The notes below the pieces were generated by a model, which worked only from the letters and a program-made list of their open reading frames with translations, had not been told where the DNA came from and ran no database searches. From Candidatus Aenigmatarchaeota archaeon (GTDB lineage Archaea > Aenigmatarchaeota > Aenigmatarchaeia > GW2011-AR5 > JAGGXF01), in NCBI GenBank assembly GCA_029932645.1, contig JAOZPR010000011.1, positions 1 to 24,608 on the forward strand: 24,608 nucleotides of DNA. Direction: 5' to 3'. Of the stretch, positions 8,372 to 16,404 are shown piece by piece (within the stretch, counting starts at the first letter, position 1; every line of letters begins with the position of its first letter). A program made the position numbers and the translations under genes.

Positions 8372-8426
8372 CTTCTCCTATATTATAATGAACTTATAAT
8401 AAAATTAATCCGAATGAGGTGTTTTT

Positions 8427-10574
8427 GTGTACACATTAATTATAGCAGAAAAGCCGAGCGCAGCTAAAAAAATAGCTGAATCACTAGCAGACAAAAAGCC
8501 AGTCAAGCATGGCGAGCGAAACAATGTCTGGTTTGAATTTGACCGGGACAAAAAACCCTTTGTTTCTGTTCCTGCTGTTGGTCATTTGTTTGCTCTAAAG
8601 CAAAAAGAGAAGGGCTGGACATACCCAAGGTTTGACGTCCACTGGATTCCCAGTTTTGAGGCCAGAAAAACGGCGGAATTCTCTAGAAAATATTTTGAAA
8701 ACATCGAAAAGCTAGCCAAAGATGCTGATGATTTTATTGTAGCGACGGACTATGATACAGAAGGAGCTGTCATCGGCTTTAATATCGTCCGTTTTATTTG
8801 CAAGAGAAACAATGCCAAGAGAATGAAATTTTCGACAATGACCAAAGAAGATTTGGTCAAGGCCTTTTTAGGCATGTCCAAAACCATGAATAAAAATCTT
8901 GTAGAGGCTGGATTAGCAAGACATTATCTGGATTGGTACTGGGGCATTAATCTGACTAGGGCACTTACACTGGCCATAAAAAACGCTTCCCAGCGATTTA
9001 AGATATTATCAACCGGTCGTGTACAGGGGCCAGTTCTTCATATGCTTGCGAAGCATGAAAAGAAAATAAAAGCATTCAAGCCAAAACCGTTCTGGCAAAT
9101 TTTACTGAAGATTGAAATAGGAAAAGATACCTTTGATGCGGCTTATGAGAGAGATAAACTCTGGAACAAGAAAAAAGCTGATGATGTTCTAAAAAAGGCC
9201 AAAACAAAAAAAGCTGTTGTAGAAGAAATTCAAAAGCGGACTCAAAGGCAGAAGCCACCAAAGCCTTATAATACAACATCTTTCTTAGCAGACATTTACA
9301 GATATTTTGGTTATACTCCGCAACAAGCACTTAATATTGCTGAGAGATTATATCAGGCAGGTTTGATTTCTTATCCGAGAACAGCCTCTGAAAAGTTACC
9401 AGCAGCGATTGGCTACAAAAAGATTTTGACCAAAATCGCGAAACAAAAGAAATACGAAAAGGGTGCAAAGTTTCTCTTAGAAAAGCCTGAACTGAAGCCA
9501 ACAGAAGGCAAGCGCACAGATCCGGCACATCCTGCTATATTTCCGACCGGAGAAAAACCAAAAAGGCTTGGTAGTAAGCAACAGTCTGTCTACGATTTGG
9601 TTGTCAGAAGATTTTTGGCTGTTTTTGGCGATCCAGCAAAGCGGGAATCCATCAAGGTAATACTCAATGCTGGAGGAGAAAAATTCTTTTTAATGGGCAA
9701 ACGCACTATAGAGCCTGGATGGACAGCACTCTATGGTAGATATGCCAAAAGGGATGAAACAATTTTACCAGATATCAAGAAGGGAGACAAGCTAAATATC
9801 AAAAACGCCAAGCAGCTGGCAAAAGAGACGCAGCCACCGCAAAGATTTTCACAGGGGTCTGTTTTGAAGGAGATGGAGTCACGCGGAGTGGGAACAAAGG
9901 CGACGCGCGCGCAAATTCTTCAAACACTTTATAATAGAAATTATTTGATGGGAAAGAGCATTAATGTTACTGGTCTTGGTATGAGTGTCTCAGATATTTT
10001 GGAAAAGAACGTTTCTGAGGTCGTCTCTGAACAGCTAACAAGGCATTTTGAGCAGGAGACTGAAAAAATAGAGCTCGGAAAGGAGAAGCGTGAAAAGGTG
10101 CTAGAGGAAGCAAGAAAGACCCTGACAAAGATTCTGAAAAAGTTTAAGAAAAAAGAAAACAAGATAGGCAAGGCATTGACAAAATCAGTTATAGAGACAG
10201 AGGAGAAACAGTCTATATTAGGAAAATGTCCGAAGTGTGGCGGTATTCTCAAAGTCCATAAATCATGGCGTACAAAGAAGCGGTTCGTCGGATGCTCTAA
10301 TTATCCCAAGTGCAGGTATGGCCAGCCGTTACCAAGAGAAGGAATTATAGAGCCCACCGGAAAGGTCTGTCCGGACTGTGGCTCGCCAATAATACAGATA
10401 AGAAGAATGGGAAAGCGCCCGTTCAGGACATGTGTTGATATAAATTGCCCCACAAAAAAGGAATGGAGAGACGATAAGCTCTTAGCAAAGGTTCAAGCCA
10501 AGAGCAAGGCAGAATCGAAAAAGGCAATAGAAGACGAAAAAAAGAAGGCGAACAACAAGACAAAGAAAAAATAA
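8427..10574 (+). CDS. topA: Type IA DNA topoisomerase with C-terminal zinc ribbons
   Basis: IAEKPS, ATDYDTEG (TOPRIM), GRVQ, catalytic SYPRT, GTKATR, CPKCG and CPDCG; GTG start after GAGGTG. Confidence 0.96.
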   Translation: MYTLIIAEKPSAAKKIAESLADKKPVKHGERNNVWFEFDRDKKPFVSVPAVGHLFALKQKEKGWTYPRFDVHWIPSFEARKTAEFSRKYFENIEKLAKDADDFIVATDYDTEGAVIGFNIVRFICKRNNAKRMKFSTMTKEDLVKAFLGMSKTMNKNLVEAGLARHYLDWYWGINLTRALTLAIKNASQRFKILSTGRVQGPVLHMLAKHEKKIKAFKPKPFWQILLKIEIGKDTFDAAYERDKLWNKKKADDVLKKAKTKKAVVEEIQKRTQRQKPPKPYNTTSFLADIYRYFGYTPQQALNIAERLYQAGLISYPRTASEKLPAAIGYKKILTKIAKQKKYEKGAKFLLEKPELKPTEGKRTDPAHPAIFPTGEKPKRLGSKQQSVYDLVVRRFLAVFGDPAKRESIKVILNAGGEKFFLMGKRTIEPGWTALYGRYAKRDETILPDIKKGDKLNIKNAKQLAKETQPPQRFSQGSVLKEMESRGVGTKATRAQILQTLYNRNYLMGKSINVTGLGMSVSDILEKNVSEVVSEQLTRHFEQETEKIELGKEKREKVLEEARKTLTKILKKFKKKENKIGKALTKSVIETEEKQSILGKCPKCGGILKVHKSWRTKKRFVGCSNYPKCRYGQPLPREGIIEPTGKVCPDCGSPIIQIRRMGKRPFRTCVDINCPTKKEWRDDKLLAKVQAKSKAESKKAIEDEKKKANNKTKKK

Positions 10575-10669
10575 AATCCTAAAACATTACGTATCAATTA
10601 CGTTTACATTTATAAGTTTTTTTCTATTATACTAAGTTATAACAGATAGAATGCTCGTTGGGTGTTGCT

Positions 10670-11626
10670 GTGGTAAGTTTAGAAACAGAGATAGCTGGTA
10701 TAGTTCTGAAAAACCCACTCGGTTTGGGTTCTTGCCGACTTGGGTATACTGGTGCACAACTTGTTCTCGCAGCCAGACAGGGATTCGGTTTTATTACAAC
10801 AAAGTCTATAAGTGTCGAGCCGAGAAATGGGTATATACCCCCATGTATCTATAGGAAGGGGAGTTACATACTAAATGCAGAAGGTCTCCCAAACCTTGGA
10901 ATGAAACAGACTAGGAATGAAATAGATTTTTACAACAAAAAAGCTGGTAATGATAGGGTGCCTCTAGGAGTCAGTGTTTTCGGTTCTTCGGTGGAAGAGT
11001 TTCAGACCATTACCGAATATCTTGACAGCGAAGAGTTTGAGTTCTTTGAACTTAATTTGTCATGTCCTCATTCTGACCCAACAAAAAAAGAAGCGTGTTA
11101 TCTTGTTGGTCAGGACCCAGAATTGACTGCTGAAGTTGTCAAAGCTGTGCGAAAAAGGACGAGCAAGCCAATATTTGTTAAGCTGACACCTTCTGTTCTG
11201 AATATATCTTATATAGCCCAGAGTGCTGTGGAGGCGGGTGCAGATGTAATTTCGGCTACCAATACAATGCCCGCAATGGACATACACACAGAGAACGGCT
11301 TGGAGGGCAAACCTGTTTTGTCAAACATAACCGGTGGTATGTCGGGGCAGTCTCTTTTGCCTATATCACTTAAATGTGTTTATAACATTAGGGAAAAACT
11401 AACAAGAACACCTCTAGTTGGTATAGGAGGAGTTTGTAGTGGAGAAAGTTTAGTCAAATATCTTTTCGCGGGCGCAAGCGCTGTTCAAGCTGTTTCCGTC
11501 TTTTACAACGATGGCGGTTACAGCAATTTTCAGAGAATTATAGACGAACTTAAGTTGTATATGATGAAAAACGATTATGAAACAATAGGCGAAATGGTCG
11601 GGCTCACTCATAAAAAGATTAGGTAA
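10670..11626 (+). CDS. Dihydroorotate dehydrogenase family 1 / dihydropyrimidine dehydrogenase-like FMN subunit (second pyrD paralog)
   Basis: TTKS, NAEGLPN, ELNLSCPH, KLTP, ATNT, GGMSG, GIGG. Start placed at GTG 10670 after the SD GGGTG. Confidence 0.8.
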   Translation: MVSLETEIAGIVLKNPLGLGSCRLGYTGAQLVLAARQGFGFITTKSISVEPRNGYIPPCIYRKGSYILNAEGLPNLGMKQTRNEIDFYNKKAGNDRVPLGVSVFGSSVEEFQTITEYLDSEEFEFFELNLSCPHSDPTKKEACYLVGQDPELTAEVVKAVRKRTSKPIFVKLTPSVLNISYIAQSAVEAGADVISATNTMPAMDIHTENGLEGKPVLSNITGGMSGQSLLPISLKCVYNIREKLTRTPLVGIGGVCSGESLVKYLFAGASAVQAVSVFYNDGGYSNFQRIIDELKLYMMKNDYETIGEMVGLTHKKIR

Positions 11627-11650
11627 GTTATTTCTTTTGGGGTGTTTTAT

Positions 11651-12310
11651 ATGGCAGACAACTTTTCTATAAATGGTGTAAATGGTGTTAATATTCAGTG
11701 GTTAGGACACGCTTCATTTAAGATAAAGGCTGGTGATAAAGCTGTTTACATTGACCCATATGTTCTGAAGGATGCGGAAAAAGCCGACTTGGTTTTGGTC
11801 ACACATGACCACTATGACCACTGTGATGCTGGAAAAATAGAAAAAATAAGCAAGGAAGACACGATTATAATTACAACTAAGCAATGTGCTGATAAATTAT
11901 CTGGCTGCAAGGCAAGCACTGAAACAATGGAACAGAACGAGGAAAAAACAATAGATGGTATCAAAATTAAAACCATTCCTTCTTACAACATAGGCAAGGA
12001 TTTTCATCCTAAAGGTCGCGGCATTGGTTTCATAATAGAAATCGACGGTAAAAAAATTTATCACGCTGGGGATACAGACAAAATACCAGAGATGAATTCG
12101 CTTGCCGCAGTAGGTATTGATGTTGCATTGCTACCCGTCGGCGGAACATATACGATGGATGCCAGGGAGGCAGCAGAAGCCGCAAAGATAATTAAACCGA
12201 AAATAGCCGTTCCAATGCACTGGGGAATGATAGTTGGTTCAAAAAAGGATGCAGAAGCTTTTGCTGAATTGCTTAAAGGCACAGGCATAATCGTAAAAAT
12301 TTTAGATTAA
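11651..12310 (+). CDS. MBL-fold metal-dependent hydrolase (UPF0173/UlaG-like)
   Basis: WLGHASF, IDPY, THDHYDH, YHAGDT, LPVGG, PMHWG; ATG 11651 after GGGGTG. Confidence 0.9.
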   Translation: MADNFSINGVNGVNIQWLGHASFKIKAGDKAVYIDPYVLKDAEKADLVLVTHDHYDHCDAGKIEKISKEDTIIITTKQCADKLSGCKASTETMEQNEEKTIDGIKIKTIPSYNIGKDFHPKGRGIGFIIEIDGKKIYHAGDTDKIPEMNSLAAVGIDVALLPVGGTYTMDAREAAEAAKIIKPKIAVPMHWGMIVGSKKDAEAFAELLKGTGIIVKILD

Positions 12311-12398
12311 ACAAGAACTATAAAGAAGACGACAGATAAAAAATACAATTAATTATTAACAACAAAAGAATTTAAAATTTAGCCCAACTTTTTCATGG

Positions 12399-12413
12399 CA
12401 AATACTTTATAAA
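12399..12413 (+). promoter_or_regulatory. TATA box (TTTATAAA) of the argF-pyrB-pyrI operon
   Basis: Consensus TTTATAAA at 12406-12413, about 135 nt upstream of argF, which implies a long leader. Confidence 0.5.
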
Positions 12414-12441
12414 CTTTCGCATCTAATTATCGAAGGGTTCA

Positions 12442-12552
12442 ATGAATGCAGATGAGCTCGAAAAGCTAACCATCAAAGAAAAAATCGGTTGTTATCTGTT
12501 TCTCCTCCTTTTAAATCAACTTTTTGTTAATAAATTAGAGGTGATTAGATGA
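12442..12552 (+). CDS. Putative 36-aa leader peptide (uORF): MNADELEKLTIKEKIGCYLFLLLLNQLFVNKLEVIR
   Basis: Translated by hand. The ATG lies about 29 nt downstream of the TATA box and the stop overlaps the argF start as ATGA. Confidence 0.35.
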   Translation: MNADELEKLTIKEKIGCYLFLLLLNQLFVNKLEVIR

Positions 12553-13466
12553 ATCTGAAAGGAAGACATTTCTTAACATTATTAGACTACAAACCAGCTG
12601 AGTTAAAAGAGATTATAGACTTGGCAATTAAGATGAAATCTGGAAAGGTTGTGAAAAAACTACCGGAAAAGACATTAGGTATGCTCTTTCAGAAGCCTTC
12701 AACAAGGACAAGAATTTCTTTCGAGGCCGGTATGACACAGCTCGACGGACATGCGATATATCTTGACTTTCGGACAACGCAACTTGGGCGAGGTGAAACC
12801 ATATCAGATACGTCAAAGGTTCTGAGCAGATATTGTGATATATTAATGGCTAGGTTGTACAAGCAAACAGATATTATAGAGCTGGCCAACGCTTCAAGCA
12901 TACCTGTTATAAATGCTCTGACTGATTTGTATCATCCTTGTCAAACAATGGCTGATATGATGACTGTTGTTGAAAAGAAGGGCAGCCTAGATGGACTCAA
13001 GATAACTTTCTTTGGTGACTGCGGTTTCAACATGTGCAACTCTACTATAATAGGCTTTTCCAAGCTGGGCGCAGATGTTGTTGCAGTCTGCCCTGACAAA
13101 GATATTTACATGCCAAATCCTGAAATACTAAATGCAGCCAAGAAACAGGCCGTGGGGTCGATAAGCGTGGAGCATGATGTGATAAAGGGAGCAGAAGATG
13201 CAGATGTTATATATACAGACACCTGGGTTAGTATGGGGCAAGAAGATGCTGAACAAAGGATAAAGGATCTAGAGCCGTATCAAGTTAACACGAAATTAGT
13301 TGGCCACGCTAATAAAGACGTTTTAGTTATGCACTGTCTGCCAGCACACCGGGGAAACGAAATAACAGACGAAGTTATAGATGGGCCGCATTCAATTGTG
13401 TTTGACGAGGCAGAAAATAGGTTGCATGTGCAGAAGGCCATTATGGTGGCTCTTCTGGGAGTCTGA
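12549..13466 (+). CDS. argF: Ornithine carbamoyltransferase
   Basis: KPSTRTR, HPCQ, DTWVSMG (ornithine-binding SMG loop), HCLP, DEAENRLH. Confidence 0.93.
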   Translation: MNLKGRHFLTLLDYKPAELKEIIDLAIKMKSGKVVKKLPEKTLGMLFQKPSTRTRISFEAGMTQLDGHAIYLDFRTTQLGRGETISDTSKVLSRYCDILMARLYKQTDIIELANASSIPVINALTDLYHPCQTMADMMTVVEKKGSLDGLKITFFGDCGFNMCNSTIIGFSKLGADVVAVCPDKDIYMPNPEILNAAKKQAVGSISVEHDVIKGAEDADVIYTDTWVSMGQEDAEQRIKDLEPYQVNTKLVGHANKDVLVMHCLPAHRGNEITDEVIDGPHSIVFDEAENRLHVQKAIMVALLGV

Positions 13467-13502
13467 TCATTGGCGATCTAACATAATTGGGATGGTGATT
13501 GA

Positions 13503-14414
13503 ATGAATAAAACAGATATAATATCAACACGAAACATGAAGAGAGATTTTATTGAAGATATCCTGAAAAGGACCAAAAAGATGGAACCGATTGCAGAAGC
13601 AAAAAAGCAGGTGGATATACTAGAAGGGAAAACTCTAGCTACCTTGTTTTTTGAGCCTTCCACCAGAACAAAACTATCTTTCATGGCAGCGATGAATTTG
13701 CTTGGCGGAACTATTATTGGTTTTGATGATCCGAGAACCTCCTCTGTGAAAAAAGGAGAAACACTCGCAGATACGATACGGGTTGTTGAGGGATACGCAA
13801 ATGCGATAGTTATGAGACATCCGAACGAAGGTGCAGCAGCATTGGCCGCAAAATTTAGCAAGGTTCCCATAATAAACGGCGGCGACGGTTCTAACCAGCA
13901 CCCAACACAGGCATTGCTGGATTTGTATACGATAATAAAAGAAAAGGGAACTCTAGATGGCTTAGAGGTGACGCTCGCGGGCGACCTGAAATATGGTAGA
14001 ACAGTTCACTCACTTGCATACGCATTGAGCAAGTTTGACGCATCATTAGTATTCTCTTCGCCGCCGTCTCTGAGAATGCCAGAGTGGATTGTTGCTGACA
14101 TCAAAGCAGCGGGTACCCCGGTTAAAGAGATTAATAACATTGAAGTACAGTCTGACGTGCTCTACTTGACAAGAATACAAAAGGAGCGGTTCCCAGATAT
14201 AGAAGAATATCAGAAGGTTGCAAGCGCATATGTCCTTGATGGAGATGCTATGGAAAAACTAGGAAAAGAGACAATGATAATGCACCCATTACCAAGAGTC
14301 AACGAAATATCAGCAGAGGTCGATAAAGACAAGAGAGCAAAATATTTTATACAATCCTTTTATGGTGTGCCAACACGTATGGCACTGCTTGCTATGGTTA
14401 TGACCGATAGGTAA
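13503..14414 (+). CDS. pyrB: Aspartate carbamoyltransferase catalytic subunit
   Basis: FFEPSTRT, KGETLADT, HPTQ, GDLKYGRTVHSL, RIQKER, HPLPR. Confidence 0.97.
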   Translation: MNKTDIISTRNMKRDFIEDILKRTKKMEPIAEAKKQVDILEGKTLATLFFEPSTRTKLSFMAAMNLLGGTIIGFDDPRTSSVKKGETLADTIRVVEGYANAIVMRHPNEGAAALAAKFSKVPIINGGDGSNQHPTQALLDLYTIIKEKGTLDGLEVTLAGDLKYGRTVHSLAYALSKFDASLVFSSPPSLRMPEWIVADIKAAGTPVKEINNIEVQSDVLYLTRIQKERFPDIEEYQKVASAYVLDGDAMEKLGKETMIMHPLPRVNEISAEVDKDKRAKYFIQSFYGVPTRMALLAMVMTDR

Positions 14415-14447
14415 GATTAAGATGATAAATGATAAGGAGGTATTGGC

Positions 14448-14906
14448 ATGGGTGAAGAATTGAAAGTTAAAAAAATCGAGAACGGGATTGTCTTGGACCA
14501 CCTACCGTGTGGTACAGCGCCGGACATCATGAAAATCTTAGGTGTAGACGACGAGACAAAAGAGACAATTAGTATCCTTATGAATGTTCCCAGCTCCATG
14601 TACGAAAAGAAGGATATAATTAAAATAGAGGGCAAGGAATTTGAGGATATAATGGTTGATAAAATAGCATTGCTGGCCCCGGGTGCAACAGTCAATATAA
14701 TAAAAGACTTTGCAGTTATTGAAAAGCGAAAAATAAGAATACCAGATGTTATTGATGTTGTTAACTGTCCGAATCCTTCTTGCATAACAAACCAGAAAGA
14801 GCCGATAAAACCAAAACTTTTGGTGGAGTTCACAAAACCACTAAAGGTGAGATGTTTTTATTGTGAGCGCGTGTTCAGCGAACAGGATGTTATGGAGAAA
14901 ATGTGA
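14448..14906 (+). CDS. pyrI: Aspartate carbamoyltransferase regulatory subunit
   Basis: LKVKKIENGIVLDH, KKDIIKIE, CPNPSCIT, CFYCE; SD AAGGAGGT. Confidence 0.96.
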   Translation: MGEELKVKKIENGIVLDHLPCGTAPDIMKILGVDDETKETISILMNVPSSMYEKKDIIKIEGKEFEDIMVDKIALLAPGATVNIIKDFAVIEKRKIRIPDVIDVVNCPNPSCITNQKEPIKPKLLVEFTKPLKVRCFYCERVFSEQDVMEKM

Positions 14907-14929
14907 TTGTCTGTCTTTTGGTATCTTCT

Positions 14930-15736
14930 TCATGCAATTTGTTTTCTATATTTGTTAATCAGTTTATAGAATTCTTCGGCAGCTTTTCTTTGGTCGTTTG
15001 CATACATGATTGCTCGGCCGATGTGGATAACTATGTTCTCTCCGGCGCTCATGAGAAGTTTTTTCACATCGCCACCCTGTGCGCCAACACCAGGACACAA
15101 AAATACTTTGTCATCACCGACAATTTTTCTAATTTTCTTAATATCATCGTCTGTTACATGACCAGTAGCACCGATTACACAACCGTCCGTTCCATTGTTT
15201 CTAATTTCTTGGGCTATTTTTTCATACAGCGGCACGCCATTATTTAATGAATCCTTTTGAATCCAAACAGATTGCGGATTGGACATGAGGGTAAGGCATA
15301 TCAAACCAAGGTCGTTTTTATGCGCCTGTTCTGTAGCTTCTTTTATGTTTCCGGCAAACGGAGAAAAAGTTAGAGCATCAAAGCCAGCCCTCTTTATCCA
15401 GTATAGAGCAGACGCATTAGTAGAGCCGATATCCCCGAGCTTGTGGTCCAGTATGCTAACGAGCCCATAGTCGTGTGCTGTTGTATTAATTTTTCTTAGC
15501 TGATTTAGTGTCAACGGAAAAAGGACGAACTGGCTGTTCGGTTTTATAGCGCACACATAATCTTTCGTGTTCTCTATAAGATCCATGCAAAAATTAAAGA
15601 AAATCTCGTTGATGACATCCGTGTCATTCGGTCTGTCTTCTGGGCTTAGCATTTTTTCAAGCGACGGGTCAAGGCCGACAGAGATTATGCTGTTTTTTTC
15701 ATTACGTGCTTTTTCATATTTTTCTATGAAGTTCAT
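14930..15736 (-). CDS. pyrF: Orotidine-5'-phosphate decarboxylase (long, subfamily 2 type)
   Basis: VGLDP, KPN, LDHKLGDIGST, PGVGAQGG, IGRAI. Confidence 0.95.
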   Translation of the reverse strand: MNFIEKYEKARNEKNSIISVGLDPSLEKMLSPEDRPNDTDVINEIFFNFCMDLIENTKDYVCAIKPNSQFVLFPLTLNQLRKINTTAHDYGLVSILDHKLGDIGSTNASALYWIKRAGFDALTFSPFAGNIKEATEQAHKNDLGLICLTLMSNPQSVWIQKDSLNNGVPLYEKIAQEIRNNGTDGCVIGATGHVTDDDIKKIRKIVGDDKVFLCPGVGAQGGDVKKLLMSAGENIVIHIGRAIMYANDQRKAAEEFYKLINKYRKQIA

Positions 15737-16404
15737 TTCTTTTCACCAGCGACCCATTTTTTATCCCATGCTATCGGATCTTTTAAGAATTTTGATACCT
15801 CGCTATATTCATCTTCTGAGAAGTATCCTTTTCTTTTTGCGAGTTCTAATGTGTTGTTCCAGTCTGTCAGCCAGAACAATTCAACACCCCACTCTTTCAT
15901 TTTTTCAACTATTACCGGTCTTCCATAGCTGAAGACTACCATACAATACTTTGGAACTCCGCCATCATTCTTTATACCATTAAAGAAATTTGTCTTGCTC
16001 CCACCGTCTGTTATGAGGTCCTCAACCAAAAGCACCCGGTCACCTTTTTTCAAAACGCCTTCAGTCTGTCTTTTTTCCCCGTGTTTTTTTGGTTCTTTTC
16101 TTACATATATCATGGGCTTTTCAATCTTTTGTGATAAAAATGCCGCATATGGTATTCCTGCTGTTGCCCCACCAGCAACCACATCTATATTTTCAAGCCC
16201 TATATCTTCTCTTACGATCTTTTCAAGCAGTTCAATTATTCGTTTTCTTTCTTGAGGAAATGAAATTATCCTTCTGCAGTCAACATAAACAGGAGAGTGA
16301 ATACCGGAAACAAAGACAAAAGGCGTTTCTATATTGGCAGAAATCGCTTTTATTTTTAGAAGTATTTCAGATACATCATCCCTTTCTTTTGGCGAAAGAC
16401 TCAT
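15733..16404 (-). CDS. pyrE: Orotate phosphoribosyltransferase
   Basis: SGIHSPVYVDCR, YVRKEPKKHG, VEDLITDGGS. Start moved to ATG 16404 (ATGA overlap with the pyrC stop). Confidence 0.95.
   Translation of the reverse strand: MSLSPKERDDVSEILLKIKAISANIETPFVFVSGIHSPVYVDCRRIISFPQERKRIIELLEKIVREDIGLENIDVVAGGATAGIPYAAFLSQKIEKPMIYVRKEPKKHGEKRQTEGVLKKGDRVLLVEDLITDGGSKTNFFNGIKNDGGVPKYCMVVFSYGRPVIVEKMKEWGVELFWLTDWNNTLELAKRKGYFSEDEYSEVSKFLKDPIAWDKKWVAGEKK

Noticed and set aside
11671..11690. Short tandem AATGGTGT(A/T) repeat encoding NGVNGV
   Set aside because: A two-copy in-frame micro-duplication at a variable N-terminus, with no sign of function.
1843..12310. Three MBL-fold genes within about 10 kb as a possible system
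   Set aside because: They belong to different subfamilies, are in separate transcription units, and MBL folds are abundant in archaea.
12379..12396. Minus-strand mini-ORF MKKLG
   Set aside because: Five codons with no supporting signals; expected by chance.
12449..12466. CAGATGAG-CT-CGAAA resembles the hammerhead ribozyme core CUGAUGA...GAAA
   Set aside because: The conserved U4 is an A, stem II would be 1 bp with a 2-nt loop, and I found no stems I/III with an NUH cleavage site.
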